From Convolutriloba macropyga (taxonomy: Eukaryota): a stretch of DNA of 64,000 nt. The DNA lies in assembly GCF_964194025.1 (NCBI RefSeq), contig NC_134471.1, positions 37,758,001 through 37,822,000 of the forward strand, written 5' to 3'. The notes under the pieces were generated by a model that was not told the origin of the DNA, ran no database searches, and worked only from the letters and a program-made list of their open reading frames with translations. Below, in pieces: positions 35,842 through 48,900 of this stretch. Numbering within the stretch: the first letter of the stretch is position 1; every line of letters begins with the position of its first letter. The translations under genes and the position numbers were made by a program.

Positions 35842-36140
35842 GCCCAGACCAAAACAAGATTAAAGTACCCTGGCGCAGACATATGACGAATTCACTTTCA
35901 AAGCAAAAGCGGTGGTAGTTAAAATGGCTTCAAGCCCAAAGCGGCAAACCAGTCACGCAAGTGGAGGGAAAATGGTTTCCTAAGATTAGTTTCATGCATG
36001 GCAGGGGAAATAAGGAGAAAGAATTTCAAAATGTCCCACCCTGTAGTTTGCCCAGGAAGACACTTGTGTCCCCCCCGTAGTGTTCACGGGAAGACACTTA
36101 TGTCCCCCCCGTAGTTTGCCCAGAAAGACACATCACTACT
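35842..36140 (-). repeat. Right terminal inverted repeat of Maverick 1
   Basis: Ends ACTACT followed by TSD AGTATC. Confidence 0.96.
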
Positions 36141-37093
36141 AGTATCTACTTTAGATACTAATTTTTGACGGTTTAATAGCTAGAAAGTTATGAAATTCTC
36201 GGCTTTTTGCGACATAAGAAACAGAACTTTTGTCAAAGCTCAAAATTAAAAACTTGTAAAAAATTATGCGAATACATGTTGATGGAAAATCAAATAATTG
36301 GCTTCTTTGTTTATTGCCTTCTTTTTTAAATGTTTGGAGGGTCATTTTTCTCTCCAAACTGTTTTTGTTGTTTTAATATTTTTGTTTTTACGACAATGTT
36401 AAAAATTGAAGCGATGCAGAATTGGTAATTTTCTGTAGTTTGCTCCGTTCTTTTGTTCGTGTTCAAGTTTGTATTCATAGATTTTTAACTTCTGGAAATC
36501 AACAAAACTCGTAGTTTCTAAAAAGCTTTTTTCTGATTTCCTTAACTTGTAGATAGCTTGGCACCATTGTTTGTTAAGATGTTGTTATGAAGTCCGAAGA
36601 TTTTGACGATGCCAAAACAGAAGAGATTTTTTTCTCCAATCTGAAATCTGTGTTGTTTTTATTTGCTCTACTTTCATTCAATTGATTTTTTTAAAAAGAA
36701 GGGAATTTTTTCTAAAACCTCACTTTTGCAACCAAACATAGAATATGAATAAATATCCGGATTGCAAATCTCGCTAGTAATTTTGACTTGGATTTCATCC
36801 AAAAAAACTGACCCTATTTCAAAAATTTTGCTTCCTTTCTATCAATAATAAAACTTCATCAAAATTGAAATTAATTTTTTCCTAAAAAATTTTTACACTC
36901 GCTTGTGATAAATATCTGAAGATAGATTGTCCATGCTACGCTTTAACCGAAGCAAACAGCGTTGTTCATTATTTAAACAAGAAATTTCCATTTTTGATTT
37001 TCAGGATTTCCGTCATATTCACATTTTCGATTGCCACCAAGAGACCACGTCAACTGCCTTCATATCAAAAAGATATTAGGTTTGTACTCTTAC

Positions 37094-37171
37094 CATGACT
37101 TCTCCTGGTACTCCAACTTGGTATCCAGGGTATTGATCTCCTGTTCCGGCAGTTCCAAAGCCATCCCGCTC
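37094..37171 (-). CDS. Candidate prepropeptide gene, coding exon 2 (ERDGFGTAGTGDQYPGYQVGVPGEVM)
   Basis: ttttag acceptor, gtaag donor, 78 nt phase 0. Confidence 0.7.
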
Positions 37172-37587
37172 CTAAAAGTGATAAAAACTTAAAATAAACT
37201 AATCATGAAAGACATGGTGGAAATTGTGCACAACCCAGGCTAATGTCCCACACCGAAATGAATTTTGATAACACTCAGTCAAGCCCGCACCTGTACATTA
37301 TGCGCTTGAGATTACATGCTGTGAGTGACCTCAAGAACGGAGAATTTGATCCAAGGTCTGATCTAGGGTCTGATCTAGAGACGAACTATGAGCAAATTTC
37401 ATTTTCGTCAGAGACGATTTTGGTGCACTTTAGTCTTAGGCTTCCAGTGCTCTTGAGTTTGATCAGAGCCAACTTAGAACGCTTTTGATTCCGATCACAT
37501 ATTTTCGAGCGCTGGGTGGTCTGATTGAAAATGGCTTTCTTGAACTTATTTAGCCAATCGAAAATAATTCAACTCAACACATACACA

Positions 37588-38219
37588 CCCGGGTCGAGGT
37601 TTTGACAAAAAATAATGTAAGATTAGCGGTGAATAGCGGTGAAAAAAACTTTTTTCACCGCAAAGCGCCCGCATCTTTTAGCGTTGAATGCGCTGAAAGC
37701 GGTGAATTTTTGTACGAATAGCGTTGAATTTTGCGGTGAAAAATTTTTTTTCACCGCATTCACCGGAATTCTTACAAAAAAGAAACTGCCGTACAACGGT
37801 TCGAACCTCTACCTCATGCGTGTGACCAACTTCGTAATCCACTGCGCCATCTGTCACTTACTTCAATGATATTTCCTGTGAATATAAGATAAGCGTTGAA
37901 ATTAGAGCGGTAAATTTTTGTAAGATTTGCGATTTTAGCGGTGAAAAAATTTTTTTCACCGCATTCTGCTGGTAGCGATGAAAAATTGTTTTTCACCGCA
38001 TTCTGGTGGTAGCGGTGAAAAATTTTTTTCACCGCATCCTGCTTGTAGCGGTGAAAAATTTTCTTTCACCGCTTAAGCGCTGAAAAAAAATTTTTCACCG
38101 CTTAAAAGTTTTTTTTTCACCGCATTCATCGCATTGAACGCAAATCTTACACTTTTACTCAAATTCACCGCAAATCTTACATCTTTTAGCGATTTTTAGC
38201 GGTGACACCTCGACCCGGG
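37588..38219. mobile_element. Non-autonomous DNA transposon (MITE), 632 bp
   Basis: 13-bp TIR cccgggtcgaggt/acctcgacccggg, flanking CACA direct repeat, many internal gcggtgaaaa..ttttcaccgc palindromes. Confidence 0.88.
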
Positions 38220-39278
38220 CACAATCGCACACGCACATACGCACTTACACTCCCTGGCTCACTGGCTTACTTACAAATGCTCACATACACATAATCACAC
38301 TTAGTGTGATATGTAGTGCAAAACTAACTTCTTGAGCGACTAACTTTTTTAACAAAGTTTTTTACGTAAGACCAATTGAGGTTTTGGTTTCAGGTCATAC
38401 GTATGAGCACAATCATCCTTCAACAAACAAAAACATAGCTCGCATGCTCCGGAATGTAAAAAAAATCATCCTATTAGAAAATCTTTAACTTGCCTCATAA
38501 ACCAACCTAGATTTTCCGAAAAAAAACAGTTAGAGAAACAAAAGTGAGTGAATATGGAAAAAATGGGTCAATCTGAGTCAAAATTTTTTTAGCATGTCCC
38601 AATCACCATGAAAATTACCGACCTTATTCCCTCGATCGAACTTAAGATAGTGAGTTAGAAATTTATTTTTTGGGGAAGATTAATCAGAGTGAATTGTATC
38701 GATTTTAAGTCGAACACTTCAACAAAGTAAATCTATTGAAAACAAAAACAGCTGGTAGAATACAGGAAACAACCTAAAGAACCGCGAATTTTAAAGTCAA
38801 AGGAAAGAAGAGAAATAACAGAGAATTACAATTTAATTGCTCAATGAACACACAGAAAGTATTTATTATTGGGGGAAAAGTTTTTAGTTGAAGATATTGG
38901 ACGATTTTTTGGCTGGGGCTTTATGCGGGGACTTTTGTAGGGGGTTGTCGTTTTGATGGGGTTTGGGGGATAAGGTAGGTGCAGAGACGTAGGTAACTGC
39001 GGATGCATAGGTCGATATGGAGGTGGACTAGGCAGTGTCTGGGGTCGGGGACCGGGGTAGGTGGTTTGCAGCTTAGGAGAAATCGGCTAGATTAGGTAAT
39101 GCTTTGGGAGAAGTAAAGACTGTTATGGAAACAAAACTTTTCAAGATGACCTTACTTCAAAAACAGGTCAATTTTGTAATAGAGAGATGTCAAGTTCAGG
39201 TCTTGAAGAAACTTTCTGCAGCTAAAAACCTGTAAAATGCCAATACTCATCTTCGAGTCCTCAAAATCATTATTCGTT

Positions 39279-39299
39279 CACAACAAATACAACAACAAG

Positions 39300-39343
<44 letters not shown>

Positions 39344-39344
39344 C
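39279..39344 (+). repeat. (AAC)n microsatellite next to assembly gap
   Basis: Direct observation. Confidence 0.95.
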
Positions 39345-39358
39345 TCAAAATCATTATT

Positions 39359-39575
39359 NNNNNNNNNNNNNNNNNNNNNNNNNNNNNNNNNNNNNNNNNN
39401 NNNNNNNNNNNNNNNNNNNNNNNNNNNNNNNNNNNNNNNNNNNNNNNNNNNNNNNNNNNNNNNNNNNNNNNNNNNNNNNNNNNNNNNNNNNNNNNNNNNN
39501 NNNNNNNNNNNNNNNNNNNNNNNNNNNNNNNNNNNNNNNNNNNNNNNNNNNNNNNNNNNNNNNNNNNNNNNNNNN
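39359..39575. other. Assembly gap (N run)
   Basis: 217 Ns. Confidence 1.
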
Positions 39576-40042
39576 TACAAAAACAGCAGCAGCAAAAAGA
39601 AGAACAAGAAGAAGAAGAGGAAGAACAACAACAACAAAACGTGGAACGTCCAAAACTGTTATTTTTTAATGTTAATCACGATGAGCCTCGTAATTTGTTT
39701 GATTGCTCTAAAAAACTGTCCCACATTGGGACGAAAAGTTTCTCTCCAACAGTCGGGTTTTGTTATATTTGTAAAGACCGAGTTGTAAGCAATTTGGCGG
39801 GAAATTATAGAAAAACGTGAACGATGGGTTAATTAATTTACTTTGAATTAGGAAAGTACTTTAATAAGAAAAGAAATGCAGCGCTTCACTTTGTATCGAG
39901 GTCATTACAACTGCATTACAACTTTACAACTTTAGATTAGGAAATAATTTTGGTGTCCTTTATAGGATCACATAATAATAATCTATGTATCTAAGTTGAT
40001 ATGTAATATCTGAGAAGATGTGGAATACATTACCGATATTAC

Positions 40043-40126
40043 CATTGATTTTGATTCAACCCGTAATAGTTGCATTAGAACAATGGAAGCTGTCAGCAAG
40101 AACATCTTGTTGCACTTGTCAGACAT
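40043..40126 (-). CDS. Candidate prepropeptide gene, first coding exon (signal peptide MSDKCNKMFLLTASIVLMQLLRVES-KSM)
   Basis: Hydrophobic h-region with V-E-S cleavage-like site; ATG|gtaata donor in phase 0; upstream acceptor ttttttgtccag at 40158. Confidence 0.6.
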
Positions 40127-41520
40127 TCCAATGGGCTCCAATTGTTCTGATATCACCCTGGACAAAAAACATATTCTTAAGTGTGGATAATTTTTGTATC
40201 TGTAAACAGGATCGACCATGGGAGCCCATTAATGGTCCAGACGCTAAATTGATAACCAAATATCAGCAATGAGGCTCGGTAGTGTGCGTTCACAAATAAT
40301 GCCCCCCCCCCAACCGACCGCACTCTTACACATTTCTGACTTAAGTATCTACAGAAATAGTTGCCGTAAAAATGAAGAAGAATTGTTGCAATCTGAAACA
40401 ATTAATTGAATAAAATGCCGTAGTTGAGGCCCCATAACTTACTAAAAATGTCAAAAAAGTATAAGATAAAATCCAAATTAAACGAATTAACTTGACTTTC
40501 AGTAGAAAGCAGATGGCATTCGTTCTTAATGAGACTAACTAATAAGTGAACAAAAAGAAAAACAGAAAAGAGGCGAAATAAAAAAAAGTTCAAAAATTCA
40601 TTTAACGTTTGAAACTAACTAGTTTCAAAAGAAAACATTACGAATAATAGCTTTCAGTAACAAAAAAGCAAAATGGAATCACAATTAACGGTTTTAGAAA
40701 ACAATTGGACTTTCCAATAGTGGGACTCAGTCTTAACAACAATAAATGACAATTAATACCTGCAAAACTCTAAAATTTCATCAGTAACTTAAAAAAGTAC
40801 ACAAAGGACATTTTATCATGTTATCTAGACAACAAAAAGATCCATAAGTTTTGGCCACTATCAAAACAAACTTTTTCGGCAGCACTTTTTTTTATCAGAG
40901 TCCGTAAATCATCACCTAGAACTTATAACTGAAAACCAAATGTAAGTTTGCTTTATTGAAAAAAAGATAGAATCTTTCATTAAAAACAATAAAATAAAAG
41001 TGAAAAAAGAAGACGAGAAAAAAAGGGGCAAAGTTCAGGTTTGCACTGACATCTTTGAAAACGAAAAATTCAATGTCATTAGAGTAAGTAGCTATCATAT
41101 GAAACCCACAATTTTTTTTACTTTTATCCTAATATGGAGGGCAGTGGGATCTGCTATTATTCAAAAGCAGTAAATATAACTACAATAGAATTAACACATA
41201 TACGCATAACATAAAATGTCAATAAAATTTGCGAGATAACAGTGTATAGGCGTATAAACCATAATCTTTTCACTGATATCATAATATAAGCCCATTTGTT
41301 TTGTATGAATGTCAATAGTATCCTGAATTAATGAGAAATAAAACAATAGTTTTACTACTATGTACCCAGCTGGCGTGTAGGAACTGGGAGCGGCCATTGT
41401 CTAATAATTAACAGTTCATTTGCGGATTTTTGTTTCTCTTACTCTTTTTTTTAACTCGTATTCTTTACAAGTTTGTATTTATCCTTGTTACAATTAACTT
41501 TTGAACCGACTCACAGCTGG

Positions 41521-42146
41521 ATGGAACTGGAGGATGAATCAAGTCAACTGAAGGAGCAGGTGGATCAATTGCAGAATTCAGTCACAGGTTTGATCGCAAA
41601 AACAAAGAACAGGAAAGTAAAATAAAAAATCTTGAAGAAATGCAATTTGATATGAATGAGCGCCTCAGAGCACAAAAAAGGTACACGAGCAAAGACTGCC
41701 TAATTATCTGCAATCCGCCTTTCGATCCAAGAGATAGCAAAAATGTACTGCAAAATACCTTGAGATTTTAAAGCGATTTTCTGAAAATAAATCTCACTGA
41801 GAACAGAATAAAAGCATGTCATATTTTACCGGGAACTGCTAATGGAGATCAATATGACTTGATTATTTACAAGTTTGTCTATTTCGACGAGAAAGACAGA
41901 GTGTTTGGGGCAAGACGAAAGTTAAAAACTGCAAAAAACAGCCTGAATAAAAAACCTATTTTCTTGAATGAACGACTACCAAAGTTTGAAGCTGAACTAA
42001 GGGCTGAGGTAAATAGACAGGGCTTCATTACTTCGACAGAAAATTGTTCCTTATCTGTATTGGTGAAGCGAAACAACAATGATACTGGCTATCACGACAT
42101 CAATCAAATTAGCGATCTTGAAAATTTCAAAAACCTGATCAAATGA
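41521..42146 (+). pseudogene. LINE E ORF1, disrupted
   Basis: ERLRAQKRYTSKDCLII, KACHIL, IFLNERLP; homologous to 7108-7797. Confidence 0.75.
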
Positions 42147-43047
42147 GAAAACCAAAAAAGGAATTGCTGCCTTGATGATGACGACAAAGTTGGTGATGCA
42201 GAGAGAAGTTACCGGACTTAAAAAAAATCTTTAAGTGCTGACTGAACAAAAAAAGACGTTTAGTGATCAAACTGAAAAATATTTTTGTTATGTTCTAATG
42301 TTACTCTGATCTTATTGGAAACTTTGGGAAGCAGTTCCTATTTTGAGGCCCCGTAAAAGAAAAGTATTCAATTAGACACGTCAAAATTTCTAGAATTTTC
42401 GTCTTTTCTCAATTAATTTAGATTAATTCTGATTTATTGTAAATGATAAAATGTGACTGAGATTACGCGTCACATATTAAAATATAAAGACAATTATATA
42501 AATATTTAAAAGTGAAATATAGTAACTGACTGCGATTACGCGTTACTACGACCAAAAATCAATGAAAAAAGAAATTGTTCGTACATCAGATTTGATGGCT
42601 GCGATAAAGCGCCTATTTAAAATCGAGGATGTCGTTTCTTTTTATTTCTCTCAATGTGAAAACAGGATCACCCAAGATAAATCAAGTATATCAACTGATT
42701 GCTGCGATTACGCGCTTGAAGTTGTTAAACTTGTAAACTTGTAAACTTTCTCCAAATACATGATCTTAGCAGAAAAAATTTTATTTCCATGGTTTTCTTG
42801 TTTTTTTTTGGTTTTTTTCTTTCTCCTTTTAGGCTACATATTTTTATGTGTTTAAACAAAATAAATACATATTCTGTCTACGATTTAGCTTTTTTTCGAA
42901 AAAAAATTTTTTTTACTCTGGTAACCAGAGTTGTTTTAACTCTAACGTCATATCCGCTAACACTTTAAACTTTGCTGCTACAATCCATTGAAGACAATGG
43001 TCGTCCCGTTTTTCTTCCACTTGTACATATCATTTTAGTACAACAAA

Positions 43048-45938
43048 ATGCAGAAGCTCTTCATGCTTCAAAATAAAAGATCTATATACAAAAATTTAGA
43101 TCAGCTTCAAATTCTAGCAAACAGTTTAGATAGTCTACCCTTAGCCGTCTGCTTAACAGAAACATGGATAAACGAAGAGTATGACACTGCTTGTTTGCAA
43201 CTAGATGGTTATCAAAAAATCGTCACAGTCAGTAGGGGTGTAAAACGAAATCGAGGTGGAGGAGTTGGTATTTTTTGAAAAAAAAAAAGTTCAAAACAGT
43301 AAGCAAGTACACCAGCATTGAGTGCCAAGTTTTGACACTGAAGTTTTGCTATAATAGTTTAAATTTTTTTAAACTACAATATACGTCAAACCAAACACGT
43401 CCATCGAAAAACTAAGCACAAGCTTAGGAAACCATTTTGAGAAAGTTGTTATTTCGGAAGACTATATGTCATTTTTATGTCGTGATTTCAATATAAATGA
43501 TCACACCGTTTCTTCAAAGTTGAAAACATTGCAAGAAGCCTTGATGTCTTTTGATCTGCATTATGCAGAAAATGCGAACTGCACTAGAGAAACAAAGACT
43601 AGTAATTCTTGTATTAATGCCGTGTATTCCAACGTAAAAATTGATCTGAAATGGTCACAAACTACGCTAACAGATCATTATACGCTCTTTTTTGGATTCT
43701 CGGGACACAAATTGAATCATTCAGAAAAAGAAAATGATGATGATCGTATGGTTATAATGTGGACCAAACGTAATGACCCAAACGAAATTGTTAATCTTCA
43801 GTTTTATATGCAACATGAATTACAGAAGTTTGAAGTAACACTTGGTCAATTAAGTTCTGAAGAAGCCATGAAAAATTTTCAGTTTCTCTTGAATAGATGT
43901 GTTAAAAAATTTGTCCCTACAAAAATTTGTAAAGGTGCAAAAAATAAAAAATTGTGGATTGACAACGAAATAAAACATCTAGCTACCAAGAAACGACAAC
44001 AATACCAAAATTTTATGAGAACAAAAGACAAAAACGATCAACTCAAAGTCAATGCACTACGTAACAAGCTGCAGAAACTGATCAGAATAAAAAAGGAAAT
44101 GTATTATCAGCGGTTAATGAATGCAGTAGTCAGAAAAACTCTAAATCTTTTTTTGACTGCATTAGCAGATTAAAAGGCAAAATTGCATCGCAAGGTAGGC
44201 TCAATAAAGGGACAGCTGATAAAATCATAGAATATTTCTCTACAGTTGGTAAAACTTTGGCATCTAATTTTGAGTCTAAAAGTGCGAATATTTCTAAAAG
44301 CAGTAGTATTAGTGTACAATCAATGCGACTAACCAGGGCCACTTCGCTGGAAGTACGGGAAATAATAAATAAAATGCGAACCAAATATAGCACAGATTGC
44401 TTTGAATTGAACAATTTTAATAGAAGAAACTCAAATGGGTAATTGTGCCAATACTAACAAAATTAATCAACAAAGGTATCGATGAAAGAAATTTTCCACC
44501 TTGCCTGAAAGAAGCTATCATAGTAGCAGTTCATAAAAGTGGTGATGTTCAGGAACAATCAAACTTCAGACCAATTTCTCTACTTCCAACTGTTGCAAAA
44601 GTCTTTGAAACATTTCTGTACAACAAAATATCTAATTTTTTGGAAGTTTTTGATCTCCTGGATGACGTTTGATCTCCTGGAAAAGGAGAACTGGATGGAT
44701 CTCTTTTTTGATATGGTTTCCGACGAGAAAGAGGAACAATTGATGCATTAGCGCATTTTGTTGAAAACTCTAGGGACACTTTAGAAAACCAGCCAAAGTG
44801 CTCGATAGTTTTGTTTCTAGAGTTGAAAAAGGCATTTGACACGGTTGATCATAACTTACTACTTAGAAAAATTGCTAACATAGGTTTGAGAGGCCCAATG
44901 TTTGAAATTATGAAATCTTACTTATCTGACAGAAAATAAATTCTTAGATATGGTGCTGCAAGAACGAGTCCGAGAACTGTTACGTTTGGCGTGCCGCAAT
45001 GTTCAGTTTTAGGACCACTACTTTTCGTCATATACGTCAATGACATCAGACAACAATGCAGCTGCTCTACAATAACGCTCTATGCCGACGATACTGCTCT
45101 GCAGCCAAAAAATGCAAATGAAGTTCTTTTTCAAAGTGATATTGAAAACATCGGCCTCTACTTAAGCGATAACAAACTGACGCTCAGTGTTGAAGAAACG
45201 ATTAATCTAAACTTAGGTTTTAAAACTATGATGAATGTTCTAAGACTGAACAATGCAACCCTTAAAAAGAGCAACGAAGTAAAGTATCTAGGCGTTTTGC
45301 TGGACAATAAATTGGATTTCAAAAAACACAAAAATAGCGTCGCTGCAAAATTGACCAAATTTACGGGATTGTTCTACAAACTGAGGTTTATATTGAGTAT
45401 TAAACAATTAGTTTTAGTATATAAGTCTTTTGTTCAACCGATTATACAATATGGAGTGCTTATTTACGGAACAACAAACAAGACAAGCCTGAAGATTATC
45501 GAAGTGAAAATTAAAGAAATTACGCGAATTATTTTCAGGAAACAAAGTCATCAATCAACAGCGAACGAACGGGAAAAATATGGAATCTTCCTGGTGAAAG
45601 AGCTGCATATTTATAAGCTTTTCAAATTTTTAACCCAAACAATTAGGCGGGAAAATAAAAATGAAGTTTTTAACAGGTTTATTGAGGATTCAGAGCTTGT
45701 GAGGCTAGATGAGAAAAGAGCAACAAGTAAGAAACTAAAAACTAGCAATCAGTTTACTGGTATCAACCCAAAGAGAATTGGAATACGAATAAGGAAAATG
45801 CTAAATTATATTTTTAATTTCGACTCAAAACATGTTCACTTTATAAAGAGTTGCTACAAATCTGGAATTAATACACACCACAATACTTTTCTTGAAAATT
45901 TTATACAAGGAAATGATATCATAGAACTTTTTTATTAG
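43048..45938 (+). pseudogene. LINE E ORF2 endonuclease/RT, disrupted
   Basis: CLTETW, RGGGVG, TDHY, NFRPISLLP, KAFDTVDH, VPQCSVLGP, YADD. Confidence 0.92.
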
Positions 45939-48900
45939 TTTTTTTTGAGCAATTGTCTGTAACAATTTTTTTTTTTATTTTTATCCTTTTGCAGAAACTC
46001 AACTGTCTCCTAACGTGTACTTGCTGTCGCTCAATCTATGAAAACCTTAAAAACAAACCAATATAAAACACCCTACCCCCACCCCTGTTTGCTAACAAAC
46101 TGCGTCCCAAAGGCATCACACGACTAGGCTTTTTTGCTTTTTGATAGCCTTTTGAGTAAGTATATGTAAACCTCATTGAACAATGTTGTTTGTTTATAAA
46201 TACTTGAGAACAGTTTATTATTATTATTATCATTATTAGAAATGATAACTCTGTAGTTGAGACAAAAATAATGAAAAGATTTTTTATAAAACATAGCCAC
46301 AATACACTTCGAATCTTTCTGATTGTAAAAATCCAGAATTAGACCAAAGTTAGCCTTGCTATCGGTGCGTGTCCCTTAAGAACACATAATTTTCCAAATT
46401 TTTGCTCAAAAACATGATTTGACAAAAACTTTTTCTCTAAAAAATTTTTTCTCTGAACACTTTTCTGATAAAACACTGGGCTTTCTATAGATGCCACTCA
46501 CAACACTCTACGATAATTATATTCATCGGGCAAAGTTGACTGAACAAAAAACAAATTGTCCATATATTTGGTCAAAAAGTGATATCGGAACAATTAAACT
46601 ATCAATTCTTGAAGAAAGAGCTTGTACAAAATAAAATCACAGTTACAAAATTTTTTCGGTAATAGTTTTGAATAGTTTTGAGAAAATCAGGGGGTCTTTT
46701 GAAAATTTCCCCGCTAACAATTTATCTCATCTCACACTGATAGAAATTACTGGTTTTGTACTATCGTTACTCATTTCCAAAATCAATGAAAAAAATTAAA
46801 TCAATCAACAAAATTTCTAGCCAGCTCACCAAGTTTTCCTTAAAGTTATTAGGTAAACTTTAATCTGAAATTAGTGATTTCAAAGTCTTTCTTTGTGATT
46901 GGGTTTTGAGATATTGAGGCCACGATAATACTCAGGGGTGAGTCGCTACTACAAATTTTGGATGTGAAAGCCCAGGGCAGCAACAGATGGATGAACAACT
47001 GTTAAAGGTCACATTAAATATGAAGAACAAATAGCTGCAAATGTCACGTGAAGACTCACCTGAAAAACTGTAACTTTATTGTAAACAAAACTGCGTACTT
47101 ACAGTACACAACGTTAAATCAGACTACAGCTTAGTAACCTTCTTTCTAAGTGAAAGATGTGTAAAACTACCACCAAACAAGCTCAACTTACTCCTGCCGT
47201 AGAGAAGTTCCATTTATTCATCTGTTTATCGTAAAAAATTGGTGTGTAACGTTAGCATTTACAGTATGGTTTTGGTAATTTGTGTGTCCGAGCTATGTGC
47301 TATTTCGTGGGAAAAAATCTGCATACACAATGACAAGAAATATTCAAAAGAACCTCATAAACTGCATTCGTTTTATGCTTTCTTTATAGTTTAATATTTG
47401 CTACAAGTTGGTAATAATTGCTATTTGCGATCTCTTGGAACTAAGACATAATTTTTTTCGGATCTGACACAATATGAAGACTTGAACTCACTGAGATGAA
47501 TTCAGTGAACACCGACCAATAATTGAAGACATCAACAGTAAAAAAACTTTAATAAATTGTTCTCAATTATGTATATAAAACAATTAGTTGATAGAACTAA
47601 TTTACATGCACACTTGAAAGGACATCAAAAGGCTTTTACGCATAGTCGGGTATAATGGTATCATCAGAGGTCTCAATCAAATACTGTCTGATCAGAGGTC
47701 ATTCAATTGGGTCTTGTACGGTCTTCTCAGAGCTCATTTAGCTGTCTTATTGAAAATTCCGACAAAAAGGTCATTTGGATTTATGAGAACTCGTACACTC
47801 TGGTATCTGCTTTTAATATCAGGCAAAACAAGATGGTTGAAATCTAGCGTTCATAACTAAAAAAATGGGTGATCAAAAAAGCTTCAAATTATATACCCAT
47901 CTGTCGAAGAATGGAAATATTGTGTTAAAAACGATTCGTACATGAACAATAAAATTTTTATAGAAAAATGATTCAGTTTTTTCTTGAAGCGTGGATTAAA
48001 TTAGGTGGAGGCTTATTAATCAGGAGCGCAAGCCGTAGTAATTGACCATAAGCTTCACGAGTTTGTCAAATATGAATGCTTGCAAATTCATCATCGTTTG
48101 GTATCTGTTTCTGATTTTTGTAACGATTTTTGTAGTACGAAACTTACAAACCATCTTTTGTATTATTTATTAGATTTTCGTCCCTTTTAGATGAACACTG
48201 AACCACTATTATGTTCTCAATATGTTCATCTTAATCTCAGAATAAAGTCTTAAAGACACGTAAAGATTCTCAGCAACAAATGGCTCATGGAGAACGAAGA
48301 AAAAAACAAAGAATCCAAATAAAAATATAGTTTAAGCGGCTTTGTTGTATTTGCATCTCATGGCCGTCAACACTTGCTCTCTTGCCGAAGAAGTCTAGCT
48401 GACAGAAAGGTGCCAAAGCTTGAAAAAATATCTCTGGAAATTCTTACAAGAAAAAAAGTTTTATGCCAAAGTTTTAGTTGATAACCTTCCTCAGTCATTT
48501 GAGAAAAACATGCTAAATCATCACTTGATCTCGAAGGCGAATACAATATACCAACCTGATATACAACTGACAGTCTTTTGAATTCTGAAAACTTATGCAA
48601 AATCGACATTAGTTACAATAAAATTAACGATTCCTGGACCAGTTAAGACTTCTAAGAGAAAGCAAGCAGCAGTCACCAGAACTTTTATCCCGGAACCATA
48701 AAAAGATTCTGGCTCCAACGAAAATGTGATTTACTGCAAATTGTAGTACCTGTAAATAGACCTATCATACCGTCTTCTGCTAACATTCGGCGTTTTTTTT
48801 AAATGGAGCGCAGTTCAGTTAAACGTAGAATCACTCTCTATAAGTAGAAACAAAGTAATAGTGTTTGTAAAATTGAAATTGTTTGTAAATTTGGTTGCCG

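Larger units (their letters stand above)
18825..36140 (+). mobile_element. Complete Maverick/Polinton (endogenous adintovirus-like element) 1, 17,316 bp
   Basis: AGTAGT...ACTACT termini, ~300-bp TIRs, 6-bp TSD AGTATC (18819-18824 and 36141-36146); ATPase, INT, mCP, MCP, PRO and pPolB genes. Confidence 0.98.
41400..46238 (+). mobile_element. Decayed full-length LINE E (related to LINE B)
   Basis: ORF1 41521-42146, ORF2 43048-45938, (TTA)n tail 46214-46238. Confidence 0.9.

Noticed and set aside
37005-37079. Plus-strand AG/GT-bounded exon candidate
   Set aside because: No partner exons or recognisable product; may be chance
37639-38032. ORFs within the MITE
   Set aside because: Repeat-derived, no transposase motifs
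38900-39110. Pro-rich minus-strand reading frame in a G-rich patch
   Set aside because: No start or clear splice boundaries; more likely a repeat fragment
39237-39788. Poly-Asn / poly-Leu ORFs
   Set aside because: Microsatellite plus N gap artefact
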